64,000 nt of DNA from Bacillota bacterium (GCA_023410535.1 JAEYPR010000021.1:42368-106367), one strand, 5' to 3'; shown: positions 46,552 to 58,048, numbered from the stretch's first letter. Notes: generated by a model not told the origin, from the sequence alone. A program made the numbers and translations.

Positions 46552-46839
46552 ATGAAAGATGGCAAAAAAAGTCCAATTAGCCACCGGCTGCTTGATTTCC
46601 TGGATATACCGCTCGATACGGTGGCGGAATGGCCGCGGATTGTCCTAAATGCCAATCGTGGCGTTTTGGTCGAAAACCACCGGGGTGTGATCGAATATGA
46701 TACGAAAGTTGTGCGGATTAACACCAAACCGGGCGAACTGCGAATTGCCGGCGAAAACTTGACATTGGTTTCGGCAGTCAAAGATGAGATTGTGATCGAA
46801 GGAAAGATTGAACGGGTTGAGTTGGTGGATTGGAGGTAG
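46552..46839 (+). CDS. yqfC: Sporulation protein YqfC
   Basis: LDIPLDTVAEWPRIVLNANRGVLVENHRGVIEYDTKVVRINT..G.L.I.G.NL; YabP/YqfC fold and position upstream of yqfD. Confidence 0.85.
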   Translation: MKDGKKSPISHRLLDFLDIPLDTVAEWPRIVLNANRGVLVENHRGVIEYDTKVVRINTKPGELRIAGENLTLVSAVKDEIVIEGKIERVELVDWR

Positions 46840-46845
46840 AAAAGG

Positions 46846-48051
46846 TTGTTTTTCAATCGGATCGTTTCTTGGCTGACCGGCTATCTGGAGCTATTGGTGC
46901 GTGGTCCGCAACTGGAGAAGTTTATCAATCTGGCGACCAACTCCGGTCTGTTCCTTTGGGATATTCGCCGCGTCGGTCCCGATGTTTTGCATGCGAAGTT
47001 GCGGGCGCATGGTTTTTGGCGGGTTCGTGAATACGCCAAGCGTTCGCATGCGACAATCCGCTTGCACCGGAAGCGGGGTTGGCCGTTTTGCTGGCGCAAA
47101 CTCAAACAACGCCGCAGTTTTTTGGTAGGATCCGTCTTGTTTATCGCGGGGCTGATTTATTTATCAAGTTTGGTTCTGGTTTTGAAAATTGATGGCTTTG
47201 AAGGAACCGACCGGGTACGATTATTAACGACCTTAGGGCGATTGGGGATCAAACCGGGAATCTCCCGGAAAGAGTTGCTGGCGAAAAAGACCTTGATCGA
47301 GCGGGAAGTGATGCTGGAAACGCCGCAGGCGGTTTGGTTCGCCATTAATTTACGCGGGGTGGTCGCGGACATGACGGTCGTCAAACGGAAAACCGCGCCT
47401 GCGGCGCCGCCTAGCGTTGATCTGATTGCAGCGCGGGATGGAGTCGTCACGAAAGTGGTGGTGGTCCGGGGGACGTCGGCGGTGAAAGAAGGGGATACGG
47501 TCGCTCCCGGGGATTTACTGATTAGCGGAACGGAGTGGCAGGCCGATAAAAATACCGGTGAGTTGCATAGAATAACGGTACCGGCCAATGGAATCATTGA
47601 AGCGCGGGTCTGGCAGGACATCGAGGTAATTGAGCCCAAGGTATGCTGGCGGGCGTCACCTGGGCGGGAACGTTTGACAATCTATAGTCTGCGTTGGGGG
47701 GAGCAGCAGTGGACCCTTTGGCGTTCGGGCAAAGGACCGCTGACGGACTACTCCGGAAGCCGGTGGCGAAAACGGTTATATCAAGGAAGGAATCCGCACG
47801 ACACTGTAGAACTAATTAAAGATATTCAACAAGCCGTCCGCTGGCAAAAAGTGCGGCGGACTCAGACGGAGTTGAAGACGAGCGCGGTTCGTGAAGCGGC
47901 GGAACGCCGGAAATTGCTGATCGGAACCGTAGCCGGTTCCAATGAGCGACGGACTGAAGCCTGGATCGATGAGGGCAACTTTCTCCGGCTGATTGTGACA
48001 TACGAAATGAACCAAAACATCGCGCTTGTCGCCCCGATACGAAAGGAGTAA
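46846..48051 (+). CDS. yqfD: Sporulation protein YqfD
   Basis: GYLELLVRGPQLEKFINLA...G..LWDI.R; ~400 aa with one central TM; position between yqfC and phoH. Confidence 0.85.
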   Translation: MFFNRIVSWLTGYLELLVRGPQLEKFINLATNSGLFLWDIRRVGPDVLHAKLRAHGFWRVREYAKRSHATIRLHRKRGWPFCWRKLKQRRSFLVGSVLFIAGLIYLSSLVLVLKIDGFEGTDRVRLLTTLGRLGIKPGISRKELLAKKTLIEREVMLETPQAVWFAINLRGVVADMTVVKRKTAPAAPPSVDLIAARDGVVTKVVVVRGTSAVKEGDTVAPGDLLISGTEWQADKNTGELHRITVPANGIIEARVWQDIEVIEPKVCWRASPGRERLTIYSLRWGEQQWTLWRSGKGPLTDYSGSRWRKRLYQGRNPHDTVELIKDIQQAVRWQKVRRTQTELKTSAVREAAERRKLLIGTVAGSNERRTEAWIDEGNFLRLIVTYEMNQNIALVAPIRKE

Positions 48052-49051
48052 CCATAACTTTTTGAATACAACAGAACTGAAACTGGCAATTGAACCTCGC
48101 CTGGCACCCCAGATCATTGGGAAAATGGAAGAAAACCTGCGTCAAATCAGTAACGGTCTGGGAATTGAAGTGTTCTCGCGCGGTAACGAACTTTTGTTAT
48201 CCGGTGACGAAATTCAAGTGGGCCGGGCGGCGGAGATCTTTAATATTTTAGGCGACCAACTGCAGAAAGGGTACCATCCGGGATTGCCTGAAGTCGCCTA
48301 TATGGTGAATCTGGCAAAAGAAGATCAATTATATAAGGTAACCTCGCTCACCCAGGAAGTGGTGGCGGTCACCGCCCGCGGTAAAAAACTCTTTCCGCGG
48401 ACGATCGGGCAGAAACAATATGTGGAATCGATCAAGCAAGGCGGGTTGACCTTTGGCATCGGTCCGGCCGGCACCGGCAAAACATACTTGGCGGTGGCGT
48501 TGGCGGTCGCGGCGCTGCAGGCAAAGGAAGTCAACCGGCTGATTCTGACCCGGCCGGCGGTGGAAGCCGGAGAAAAACTGGGTTTTTTACCTGGGGATCT
48601 CCAGGAGAAAGTCGACCCGTATTTGCGCCCGTTGTATGATGCCCTGTTCGATATCATGGGGGTCGACCTGTTTCATAAAAACATGGAACGGGGGATCATC
48701 GAAATTGCCCCGTTGGCGTATATGCGCGGCCGGACCTTGGATGATTCATTCATTATTTTGGACGAGGCGCAAAATACGACGCCGGAACAGATGAAAATGT
48801 TCTTAACTCGCTTGGGTTTTGGCTCCAGAGCAGTGGTTACCGGGGATATCACCCAAGTGGACTTGCCGAAAGGAACTAGCTCGGGATTGGCCAATGTCGC
48901 CCAGATCTTTGACGGAGTTCCTGGAATCAATGTCGTGATGCTGACTGACCGCGATGTGGTCCGGCATGAACTGGTTCAACGGATTATTCGAGCTTACGAA
49001 CGCTATCAAATACTCCAAGCCAAAGGAGACAACCCGGTTGGAACACCATGA
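48026..49051 (+). CDS. phoH: PhoH-family ATPase
   Basis: GPAGTGKTYLAVALAV, LTRPAVEAGEKLGFLPGDL.EK.DPYLRPLYDAL, APLAYMRGRTL...FIILDEAQNTT..QMKMFLTR.G. The start is uncertain (TTG at 48062 is an alternative). Confidence 0.93.
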   Translation: MSPRYERSNHNFLNTTELKLAIEPRLAPQIIGKMEENLRQISNGLGIEVFSRGNELLLSGDEIQVGRAAEIFNILGDQLQKGYHPGLPEVAYMVNLAKEDQLYKVTSLTQEVVAVTARGKKLFPRTIGQKQYVESIKQGGLTFGIGPAGTGKTYLAVALAVAALQAKEVNRLILTRPAVEAGEKLGFLPGDLQEKVDPYLRPLYDALFDIMGVDLFHKNMERGIIEIAPLAYMRGRTLDDSFIILDEAQNTTPEQMKMFLTRLGFGSRAVVTGDITQVDLPKGTSSGLANVAQIFDGVPGINVVMLTDRDVVRHELVQRIIRAYERYQILQAKGDNPVGTP

Positions 49052-51245
49052 AAGTCCGGGGTTAAACCCCAAGAAAACACGGAATATCAATACCACCTCG
49101 CTTGAGGTAATGACCAAAATGGCCGGAGTGATCCGAACGCCTTCCGTTCGGGAAGGACTCCTGGTCTTGGTTTGCTTTGTGTTATTGATTACGCTGTTGC
49201 AGATCAATATTGCGACACCGACCCGCAATGTGAAGGTGGGGCAAGTATGCACCGAAGAGATTCGCGCCCCGAAAGACGTGGAAGACTCCGAAGCCACCAA
49301 AATGGCGCAGGAGGACGCCTGGAACCGCGAACAAGAAGTCGCGCAACAAGATCCGAGTTTCTATAAGATTGACAGCTCGATTGAGAGCGACACCGCGTAT
49401 AAATTAAACCGTTTCTTTGAAATTATCGACCAGGAACGGGTCAAAACCAGTAATAAACCGGATGGTCAATCAAAGGAAAATATTGCAGACTTGCTGACCC
49501 GTTTAGCCAAGTTTTTATATAAAGCGCCCAATCGGGAATTGGTCCAACAATTAATTCGCTTGCCGGACTTTGATTATCAAATTATTAAAGAAAGAACCCA
49601 TCGCAACTTAAAAGACCTACTTGCCAAAGAGATGATTGATGCCAACGGTTTGGCAAGAATCTATAAACTGCTGCCATCGCTGGTGGAAAAGGAAGCGCTT
49701 CAACCGGAATTACAATCGGTTTTGCTGAAGTTGTTAACCGCGTCTGTCCAGCCCAATCTAATCATGGATCAGGCCAAGTTGATCCGGTTTAAGGACCAAG
49801 TGACCCAACAAGTCCCGAAAGTGATGATCCGGGCCAATGAGATTTTGATCGCTAAAAATCAGGTGATTACCGAAAATGACATGAAGATGCTGAAAGAGTT
49901 GCATCTGATCACCGATGAATCCAACCGGGTACGGGTCTTTCTCAGCTTGTCGTTTTTCGTGTTATTGATGGTCGTGGGCGGCCTGATTTATATCTTCCAA
50001 TTTCATTCGAGCTTATTCAAGCAAGAGCGTTTGCTCTATCTCTTATTAATGCTGCTGGTGTTGGTGATCGGGCTGATTAAAGCCCTGACGTTCACTCAAA
50101 GCCCGATGTTGCCCTATATGGCTCCGGTCAGCTTTGCCACAATTTTAATCAGTATTTTGATCAGCCCGCAGTTGGCCTTAGCGATGGCCGCGATCTTCGG
50201 ATTGCTGGGCGGAATTATTGTCCAACTGGATCTCTCGTTGACGGTTTTTTACTTTGTCAGCGGGGTGGTTTCGGTATTTTCGGTCTATAATTTTCATCGC
50301 CAACGCGATTTGGTCCGGACCGGTTTAATTCTGATGGGGGTGAACGCGGTCACGGCTATCGGGCTAAATCTCCTTTTCACCAGCGCCTTCCGGCTGGATA
50401 TGTTGCTTTTTGCGGTGGCCAACGGCTTTCTCTCGGCGGTGCTGGCGATTGGTTCATTGCCCTTTATTGAGCATTTATTTGGATTGACCTCGGCAATCCG
50501 CTTGCTGGAACTGTCTAATCCGGGCCATCCTTTGTTACGCCGGCTACAGATCGAAGCGCCCGGGACGTATCATCATAGTATTATGGTGGGTAACCTAGCG
50601 GAAGCAGCGGCGGAGGGAATCGGCGCCGACACCCTGTGGGTCCGGGTCGGCTCCTATTATCATGATATCGGTAAGATCAAACGGCCGTATTTCTTTGTGG
50701 AGAACCAATTCGGACAGGATAATCCCCACGAAAAACTTAACCCGACCCTGAGTACGTTGATCATTACGTATCATGTCAAAGAAGGGGCGGAGATCGCCCG
50801 GGAACACGGTTTGCCCGAAAAACTCATTGCCATCATCGAACAGCATCATGGCACCGACTTGGTGCGTTATTTCTATAAACGGGCCACTGAAACGGTCCAG
50901 GGCGAGAGGGAAGTTTTGATTGAGGAAGATTTCCGTTATGAAGGGCCAAAGCCGCGTAGTAAAGAAGCGGCCTTGGTGATGTTGGCCGATTCGGTGGAGG
51001 CAGCGGTCCGGGCGTTGCCCAAACCGACGCCCGCGAAGGTGGAGGCGTTGATTCAGAAGATCATTCGGGAACGGTTGGATGACGGGCAGTTTGATGAGTG
51101 CGATCTGACCTTGAAAGATTTAAATAAAGTTAAGAACAGCTTTTTGAAGGTTTTGGGAGGTTTATTCCATAACCGCATCGAATATCCGGAGACGGTTTTA
51201 AACGAGATAGAAAGGAAGAAGGCCAGTGCCGATCCTACTAAATAA
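49038..51245 (+). CDS. pgpH: 7TM-receptor + HD-domain protein (YqfF/PgpH-type cyclic-di-AMP phosphodiesterase)
   Basis: Extracellular domain, 7 TM segments, then HD domain (GTYHHSIMVGNLAE, YYHDIGK, HHG...). TTG at 49038, 9 nt after AAGGAG, is preferred to the track start at 48954. Confidence 0.85.
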   Translation: MEHHESPGLNPKKTRNINTTSLEVMTKMAGVIRTPSVREGLLVLVCFVLLITLLQINIATPTRNVKVGQVCTEEIRAPKDVEDSEATKMAQEDAWNREQEVAQQDPSFYKIDSSIESDTAYKLNRFFEIIDQERVKTSNKPDGQSKENIADLLTRLAKFLYKAPNRELVQQLIRLPDFDYQIIKERTHRNLKDLLAKEMIDANGLARIYKLLPSLVEKEALQPELQSVLLKLLTASVQPNLIMDQAKLIRFKDQVTQQVPKVMIRANEILIAKNQVITENDMKMLKELHLITDESNRVRVFLSLSFFVLLMVVGGLIYIFQFHSSLFKQERLLYLLLMLLVLVIGLIKALTFTQSPMLPYMAPVSFATILISILISPQLALAMAAIFGLLGGIIVQLDLSLTVFYFVSGVVSVFSVYNFHRQRDLVRTGLILMGVNAVTAIGLNLLFTSAFRLDMLLFAVANGFLSAVLAIGSLPFIEHLFGLTSAIRLLELSNPGHPLLRRLQIEAPGTYHHSIMVGNLAEAAAEGIGADTLWVRVGSYYHDIGKIKRPYFFVENQFGQDNPHEKLNPTLSTLIITYHVKEGAEIAREHGLPEKLIAIIEQHHGTDLVRYFYKRATETVQGEREVLIEEDFRYEGPKPRSKEAALVMLADSVEAAVRALPKPTPAKVEALIQKIIRERLDDGQFDECDLTLKDLNKVKNSFLKVLGGLFHNRIEYPETVLNEIERKKASADPTK

Positions 51246-51702
51246 TATTCAGGAACTTCACCCGGTCTCCGAAGCCCAATTGGAGCTATTAAATTCGGTC
51301 TTGGAATATGGGCTGAGCGTACAGGGGAAACCCCAAGCCGAAGTCAGCGTGATTTTAGTCGATAATCCCTATATTCACGAACTCAATGCGACCTATCGCG
51401 GGGTTGATCGTCCGACCGACGTTTTATCGTTTGCCATTACGGAGTCGGCGGAAGCGGATGATTTTAATTTGCCGGAGGATGTCCCGGAGCTGTTGGGAGA
51501 TATCTTTATTTCAGTAGAAAAGACCATTGAACAAGCCGAGGAATACGGCCATTCTTTCGAACGGGAGCTCTGTTACCTGGCTGTCCATGGGTTATTGCAT
51601 CTCGTCGGGTATGATCATCAGACTGCGGAAGCGACCGAAGCCATGCGGGAACAGGAAGAGCAAATCCTCCGTCAGCACGAATTGGGGAGGAACGCCCGTT
51701 GA
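51226..51702 (+). CDS. ybeY: Endoribonuclease YbeY (rRNA maturation)
   Basis: TDVLSF, HGLLHLVGYDH zinc motif. Confidence 0.93.
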   Translation: MPILLNNIQELHPVSEAQLELLNSVLEYGLSVQGKPQAEVSVILVDNPYIHELNATYRGVDRPTDVLSFAITESAEADDFNLPEDVPELLGDIFISVEKTIEQAEEYGHSFERELCYLAVHGLLHLVGYDHQTAEATEAMREQEEQILRQHELGRNAR

Positions 51703-52397
51703 GATCAAGGACGCTGTTGGACTCGTTTAACGCTGCTTTTGACGGCGTGGTGTATGCCTTAAAAACTCAGCGCAATATGCGTTTGCATTTTTTAGCAACC
51801 GGAATCGTCTTATTGGCTTCGTTGATTTTTAAGCTGACGAAGCTAGAAATCCTCATGCTGTTTGTGACCATTGCCTTTGTGATCGTCGCCGAGATGATTA
51901 ACACCGCCATCGAGGTGGTGGTGGATCTGATCACCCAGGAACTACATCCCTTGGCGGCAATCGCTAAAAACGTGGCGGCCGGCGCGGTGCTGGTGGCCGC
52001 GACGGTAGCGGTGATCGTCGGTTATATGATTTTTTTTCCGAAGTTTGACCCCTTGATCCCGACGGTGATCGTTTCATTGAAAAAAGGCCCGGTTTATCTG
52101 AGTATGATTGCGATCGTCTTTACGATCGTTTTCACCATCGCCGGGAAGGCGTTGACCAAAACCGGCCGCCCGGTCCAAGGAGGAATGCCCAGCGGTCATT
52201 CGGCGTTGGCTTCTGCAGCGGCAACGGCGATCTTATTCCTCACCAAAAGCGGCTTGGTAACCGCGCTTGCCTTATTTTTATTGGTGCTGGTGGCCGAGAG
52301 CCGGGTTGAAAGCAAAATCCACACTCCCAGTGAGGTGTTTGTCGGATCCTTACTGGGTTTTTTCACAACTTTAATCATCTTTCAATTGATGGATTAA
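51699..52397 (+). CDS. dgkA: Diacylglycerol/undecaprenol kinase (DgkA) fused to a minimal PAP2 phosphatase domain
   Basis: N-terminal DgkA (EMINTAIEVVVDLIT...HPLAAIAKNVAAGAVL). The C-terminal ~110 aa carry all three PAP2 motifs: KALTKTGRP, PSGH, SRVESKIHTPSEV. Confidence 0.8.
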   Translation: MRSRTLLDSFNAAFDGVVYALKTQRNMRLHFLATGIVLLASLIFKLTKLEILMLFVTIAFVIVAEMINTAIEVVVDLITQELHPLAAIAKNVAAGAVLVAATVAVIVGYMIFFPKFDPLIPTVIVSLKKGPVYLSMIAIVFTIVFTIAGKALTKTGRPVQGGMPSGHSALASAAATAILFLTKSGLVTALALFLLVLVAESRVESKIHTPSEVFVGSLLGFFTTLIIFQLMD

Positions 52398-52525
52398 CAT
52401 CGTTTGCGCGCGCTTCGAAGCGGTTTTCTAGGCAGTAAACGGGAAAGATTTTGATTTTTTCGGAAAATCAGTCGCACGGTTAATATAATAATGGAGGTTT
52501 GTGACTGATGAATGGGGGAGTGGGT

Positions 52526-52963
52526 ATGCCCGTATCAAAGGAAGAGTTGGTGGCAATAGCCCGTAAGGCTTGGGAGAAGGCTTACGCCCCGTATTCCAAC
52601 TATCAGGTGGGTGCGGCGTTACTCGGTAAATCGGGAATTGTTTATACCGGATGCAATATTGAGAACGCTTCGTTTGGGGCGACCATCTGCGCCGAACGAG
52701 TGGCGGCTTGCAAAGCGGTGTCCGAAGGCGAACGGGAGTTTGAAGCGGTAGCGATCGTGGTTAACGCCGACCAACCGGTTTTACCGTGTGGGATCTGCCG
52801 GCAGTTTCTTTCAGAATTCAACTTAGATCTAAAACTGTATTTGGCTACCGTCAAAGGGGCTGCAATCGAAACCACGACGTTGCGCGAATTTCTTCCGGGC
52901 GCGTTCGGGCCGGGAAATCTCAATAAGTCGTCCACACTAGCTACCGCTCGCGCAAGCGAATGA
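52526..52963 (+). CDS. cdd: Cytidine deaminase
   Basis: YSNY.VGAALL, CAERVA, PCGICRQFL zinc ligands. Confidence 0.92.
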   Translation: MPVSKEELVAIARKAWEKAYAPYSNYQVGAALLGKSGIVYTGCNIENASFGATICAERVAACKAVSEGEREFEAVAIVVNADQPVLPCGICRQFLSEFNLDLKLYLATVKGAAIETTTLREFLPGAFGPGNLNKSSTLATARASE

Positions 52964-53063
52964 AAAAATAAGCTAGGTGAAGCGACATAAAACCGAGTTG
53001 TTTTCTAGAATAAATAATACATAAATATTCTCGGATGAGTAATGATTGGCTTAGGAGGGCATC

Positions 53064-53543
53064 ATGGATTCGACGGAATATACAATAACGGTTGAGGTTG
53101 TCACCAAGATTGACGAGTATTTGCGCGAGACAATCATGTCCATTGATGAAGAGGCGTTTGGACCCGGGAGTTTAAACGAATGGTCGTTACCGCCGTTTCT
53201 TCACTATGGACGGGTCTATCTGGCGCGGTTTAACGGAACCCCGGTGGGCATCGCCGAACTGATGCGGGATTGGCGTGATCCGGAATTAGCCTATTTATAC
53301 GGTTATGCAGTTGCCCAACAATACCAGGGATACGGTTTGGGTACGGCGATGCTGCGGACCATCTTCGAAGGACTGCCCCGCGCCGGATTTAAACGGCTGC
53401 AATTGACGGTTCATCCTGAAAATCAGGTGGCGATTCACATTTATCAAGATAAGTTCCGCATGAAAAAACTTGACTTTTTGAAAGACTATTACGGCCCCGG
53501 CGAAGACCGGTGGTTATTTGAATGGAATTGGGATGGCGAATGA
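53064..53543 (+). CDS. GNAT-family N-acetyltransferase
   Basis: Motif A QYQGYGLGTAML; RLQLTVHPEN..AI..Y. Inserted between cdd and era. Confidence 0.75.
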   Translation: MDSTEYTITVEVVTKIDEYLRETIMSIDEEAFGPGSLNEWSLPPFLHYGRVYLARFNGTPVGIAELMRDWRDPELAYLYGYAVAQQYQGYGLGTAMLRTIFEGLPRAGFKRLQLTVHPENQVAIHIYQDKFRMKKLDFLKDYYGPGEDRWLFEWNWDGE

Positions 53544-54424
53544 ATAAACAATTTAAATCAGGTTTTGTCACCTTAATCGGCCGGCCGAATGTGGGCAAAT
53601 CGAGCCTACTCAATCAAGTGGTCGGTCAAAAGATTACGATCACTTCCGATAAACCGCAGACGACCCGGACCCAGTTGCGGGGGATCTTAACTCACCCCGA
53701 TTACCAGATCGTTTGGATCGACACGCCAGGGTTACATAAGCCGTTGCATCAGTTAGGCGCCCAAATGGTTAAAACCGCCGAGAGTGCGCTGCGTTCCGGC
53801 GATATGGTTTTATGGATCCTGGACGCCGCGCAAGGTTTGACCCCGGCGGATCTTAAAGTCTCGGAAAGTCTGCAGGGTTTGGAACTGCCGGTAATCCCGG
53901 TCTGGAATAAGCTCGACTTGTTAGAGACGGATGAGGTTCCGGAAGTTCCCGGTTTTAACAAACCGTTGGCGGTCTCGGCCGTCACCGGCCAGGGGATTCC
54001 GGAATTATTGGCGACGGTCGTCGATCAACTGCCGCTCGGTCCGCCGTTTTACCCGCCGGAAATGGTTACGGACCACCCGGAACGGTTTATCGCCGCGGAG
54101 TTCATCCGGGAACAAGTGTTGCAGTTTACCCAAGACGAGGTGCCGCATTCGGTTGCGGTTCAGGTTGACGAGTTTAAGGAGCGCAATAACAACCGGATTT
54201 ATATCGAGGCGGTCATTTATGTGGAGCGCGATTCGCAGAAAGGCATCCTAATCGGCGCCAAGGGTGAACGGTTAAAACAGATCGGACAAGCCGCCCGGCA
54301 AAATATTGAAACGCTTTTAGGAACCGGCGTTTTCTTAAATCTTTGGGTTAAAGTTCGGGATAAATGGCGTAACAAACAGTCTTCGCTTCGGGAGTTTGGT
54401 TATTGGGAGCAAAATCGCGATTGA
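53540..54424 (+). CDS. era: GTPase Era
   Basis: G1 GRPNVGKSSL, DTPG, NKLD, and a C-terminal KH domain (IYVERDSQKGILIGAKG..LK.IG). Confidence 0.95.
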   Translation: MNKQFKSGFVTLIGRPNVGKSSLLNQVVGQKITITSDKPQTTRTQLRGILTHPDYQIVWIDTPGLHKPLHQLGAQMVKTAESALRSGDMVLWILDAAQGLTPADLKVSESLQGLELPVIPVWNKLDLLETDEVPEVPGFNKPLAVSAVTGQGIPELLATVVDQLPLGPPFYPPEMVTDHPERFIAAEFIREQVLQFTQDEVPHSVAVQVDEFKERNNNRIYIEAVIYVERDSQKGILIGAKGERLKQIGQAARQNIETLLGTGVFLNLWVKVRDKWRNKQSSLREFGYWEQNRD

Positions 54425-54458
54425 GACCGATCCCTTCTCAAACGGCGTAACGAGTGGA

Positions 54459-55742
54459 GTGTTGAATTTGGGTAAGATCATTGCTTGGGTCTGGTTGACA
54501 GTCATCGCTTTGTTGACGCTTGGCTTTTCCTGCCGGGCCGACCAGCCGGTCCGGATCGGTTTGGTCGAGAACCAAACCGAGATCCGATTTGAGGTTACCA
54601 ACGGGTATCAATTGCTCAATCTGGGATGTGAAACGCCGCAACCTTTGGCGGAACCAGGCGATTTGGTCAGTATTACCTATAGTGATGAAACCTATTTTGT
54701 CAATGACATTCCAGTGGGAGCGGGGCCGCTGGCGTTGACCGCCGATTCGAACGTATTGGCATATAACAACCGTACTTACCGCGGCGATTTTCTCATCACG
54801 GTTCAAAACCGGAAACTAACGTTGATCAACCGGTTAATGATGGAAGAATATTTACGCGGAGTAGTGCCACGGGAGGTATCGCCTTCTTGGGAGATGGCTT
54901 CGTTGAAAGCCCAGGCGATTGCCGCCCGGACTTATACTATTGCTTCGCTGAACCGGCATGGCGCGACCAATTATGATCTTTGCGCCACGACGCATTGTCA
55001 GGTCTATGGCGGCGCGACCGCCGAACATCCCAACACCGATCGGGCGGTGGCCGAAACCGCCGGACAGATTGTGACCTATAACAACAAGGTCATCTCGGCT
55101 TTTTACTTTGACTCGTCGGGCGGATATACCTCCGATGTCGCCGATGTATGGGGTGCGTCCATTCCCTACTTGAAGCCGGTGCCGGATTGGGACTTTAAAT
55201 CGCCAAAGGCGCAGTGGACCAAAACGTTTAATTGGCCGGAATTTCAAGTGATCATTGCGAAAAGTTACCCCAAGATCGGGGCGTTGCAACAGATCCTGCC
55301 GGTGGCGTTTGGCCGGGAGGGACGGGTCATGAAGTTATTATTGAAAGGGGCTTTTGGGGAGACCACCGTCAACGCGGAACAGTTCCGCTATAACACCGGT
55401 TTGTTAAGCTCCAATTTTCAACTGGCAGTAATTTACGGGCCGGAGCCGTGTTTGACATTGTGGTGGGCGCATCGCTCCGTTTATCCCGAGGTGTTGACGG
55501 CCAATACCGACGTTCCCGGGCTGGCGGCCGATGTGCTAAATCCGCCGTGGGATAATCCCGATCCCTGGGAGTGGCTGCGCGATAAGGAACCGGTCAAAGT
55601 CGTGATCAAAGGTTCCGGATGGGGCCACGGCGTCGGCCTGAGCCAGGAAGGGGCCAAAACAATGGCTGAAGCCGGGTATAATGAACGACAAATATTGGAA
55701 TATTTCTATCCGGGAGCAAAAGTTACGCAGTGGGGCAATTGA
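54459..55742 (+). CDS. SpoIID/LytB-domain protein
   Basis: MEEYLRGVVPREV...W..ASLKAQAIAARTY, C.TTHCQVYGG, FYFDSSGGYT. Signal anchor. Start uncertain (GTG 54459, TTG 54462 or TTG 54468). Confidence 0.85.
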   Translation: MLNLGKIIAWVWLTVIALLTLGFSCRADQPVRIGLVENQTEIRFEVTNGYQLLNLGCETPQPLAEPGDLVSITYSDETYFVNDIPVGAGPLALTADSNVLAYNNRTYRGDFLITVQNRKLTLINRLMMEEYLRGVVPREVSPSWEMASLKAQAIAARTYTIASLNRHGATNYDLCATTHCQVYGGATAEHPNTDRAVAETAGQIVTYNNKVISAFYFDSSGGYTSDVADVWGASIPYLKPVPDWDFKSPKAQWTKTFNWPEFQVIIAKSYPKIGALQQILPVAFGREGRVMKLLLKGAFGETTVNAEQFRYNTGLLSSNFQLAVIYGPEPCLTLWWAHRSVYPEVLTANTDVPGLAADVLNPPWDNPDPWEWLRDKEPVKVVIKGSGWGHGVGLSQEGAKTMAEAGYNERQILEYFYPGAKVTQWGN

Positions 55743-55804
55743 GTGGAAGAATCAATTGCGTTCAAACTGATTTTTAAATTTAGCGATATTGGAGTCCTTG
55801 CTTC

Positions 55805-56827
55805 ATGCTGGTTCGTGATTTCGATTATGAGTTACCGGAGGAATTGATCGCCCAGGAACCGGTGGAACCGCGCGATCATTCCCGGTTAATGGTTTTGGAC
55901 CGGCAACGGCAGACTGTTGCCGATCATCATTTTTATGAACTGCCCCAGTTTTTGCGGGCAGGTGATCTATTGATTTTTAATAATACCCGGGTCATCCCGG
56001 CCCGGCTGTTTGGAACCAAAGACGGTCCCGGCGGGGCAAATGTCGAGGTCTTTTTACTTAAGGAAAAGCTGACCAATGTTTGGGAGTGTCTAGTCCGTCC
56101 CGGGAAGCGATTGAAAGCCGGCGCCGTGATTCAGTTCCCAGGCGGCATGACCGGCACTGTCAATGCGTTTGGGGCGGAAGGAACCCGGATCATTGAGTTC
56201 AAAGGAACGGGAGATTTTCGGGAATGGCTTCATCAACATGGTAACACCCCCTTGCCGCCTTATATCACCAAAGCGGTGACCGATCCCGAGCGTTATCAGA
56301 CTGTTTACGGGGTGCATGAGGGCTCGGTGGCGGCGCCCACCGCCGGACTTCATTTTACACCGGAATTGTTGGACAAACTAGCAGCGGCCGGGGTCCAGTT
56401 AGACTACCTCACGCTCAATGTCGGGCTGGGAACCTTTCGGCCGGTGCAAGTGGCGACGATCGAAGAGCACCATATGCATTCGGAGTTTTTCACCTTGCCG
56501 GCGGAGTTGGTGGCGCGGATTAAAGCCACCAAACAGGCGGGAGGCCGGGTGATTGCCGTGGGGACGACGGTGGTGCGGGTGCTGGAATCGCAAGCGGCCG
56601 ACGGAGAGTTGACAGCCGGTTCCGGTGAGACCGCGATCTTTATTTATCCCGGATTTCAATTTAAGGTGATCGACGGGATGATCACCAACTTTCACTTGCC
56701 TTGCTCGACCTTGCTGATGTTGGTCGCGGCCTTTGCCGGGCAAGCTTTCGTCTTGGAAAGTTACAATTACGCGGTGCGGAACCGCTATCGTTTTTTTAGT
56801 TTTGGCGACGCGACGCTGGTTTTTTGA
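55805..56827 (+). CDS. queA: S-adenosylmethionine:tRNA ribosyltransferase-isomerase
   Basis: DFDYELPEELIAQ.P...RD.SRLMVLDR, PLPPYI, APTAGLHFT, VGTT..R.LES. Confidence 0.95.
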   Translation: MLVRDFDYELPEELIAQEPVEPRDHSRLMVLDRQRQTVADHHFYELPQFLRAGDLLIFNNTRVIPARLFGTKDGPGGANVEVFLLKEKLTNVWECLVRPGKRLKAGAVIQFPGGMTGTVNAFGAEGTRIIEFKGTGDFREWLHQHGNTPLPPYITKAVTDPERYQTVYGVHEGSVAAPTAGLHFTPELLDKLAAAGVQLDYLTLNVGLGTFRPVQVATIEEHHMHSEFFTLPAELVARIKATKQAGGRVIAVGTTVVRVLESQAADGELTAGSGETAIFIYPGFQFKVIDGMITNFHLPCSTLLMLVAAFAGQAFVLESYNYAVRNRYRFFSFGDATLVF

Positions 56828-57994
<1,167 letters not shown>

Positions 57995-58048
57995 GAGGAA
58001 AAATCTTTTGCCATGTCGAATGTAGTAAATAAAAGGAGGTGTACATAA

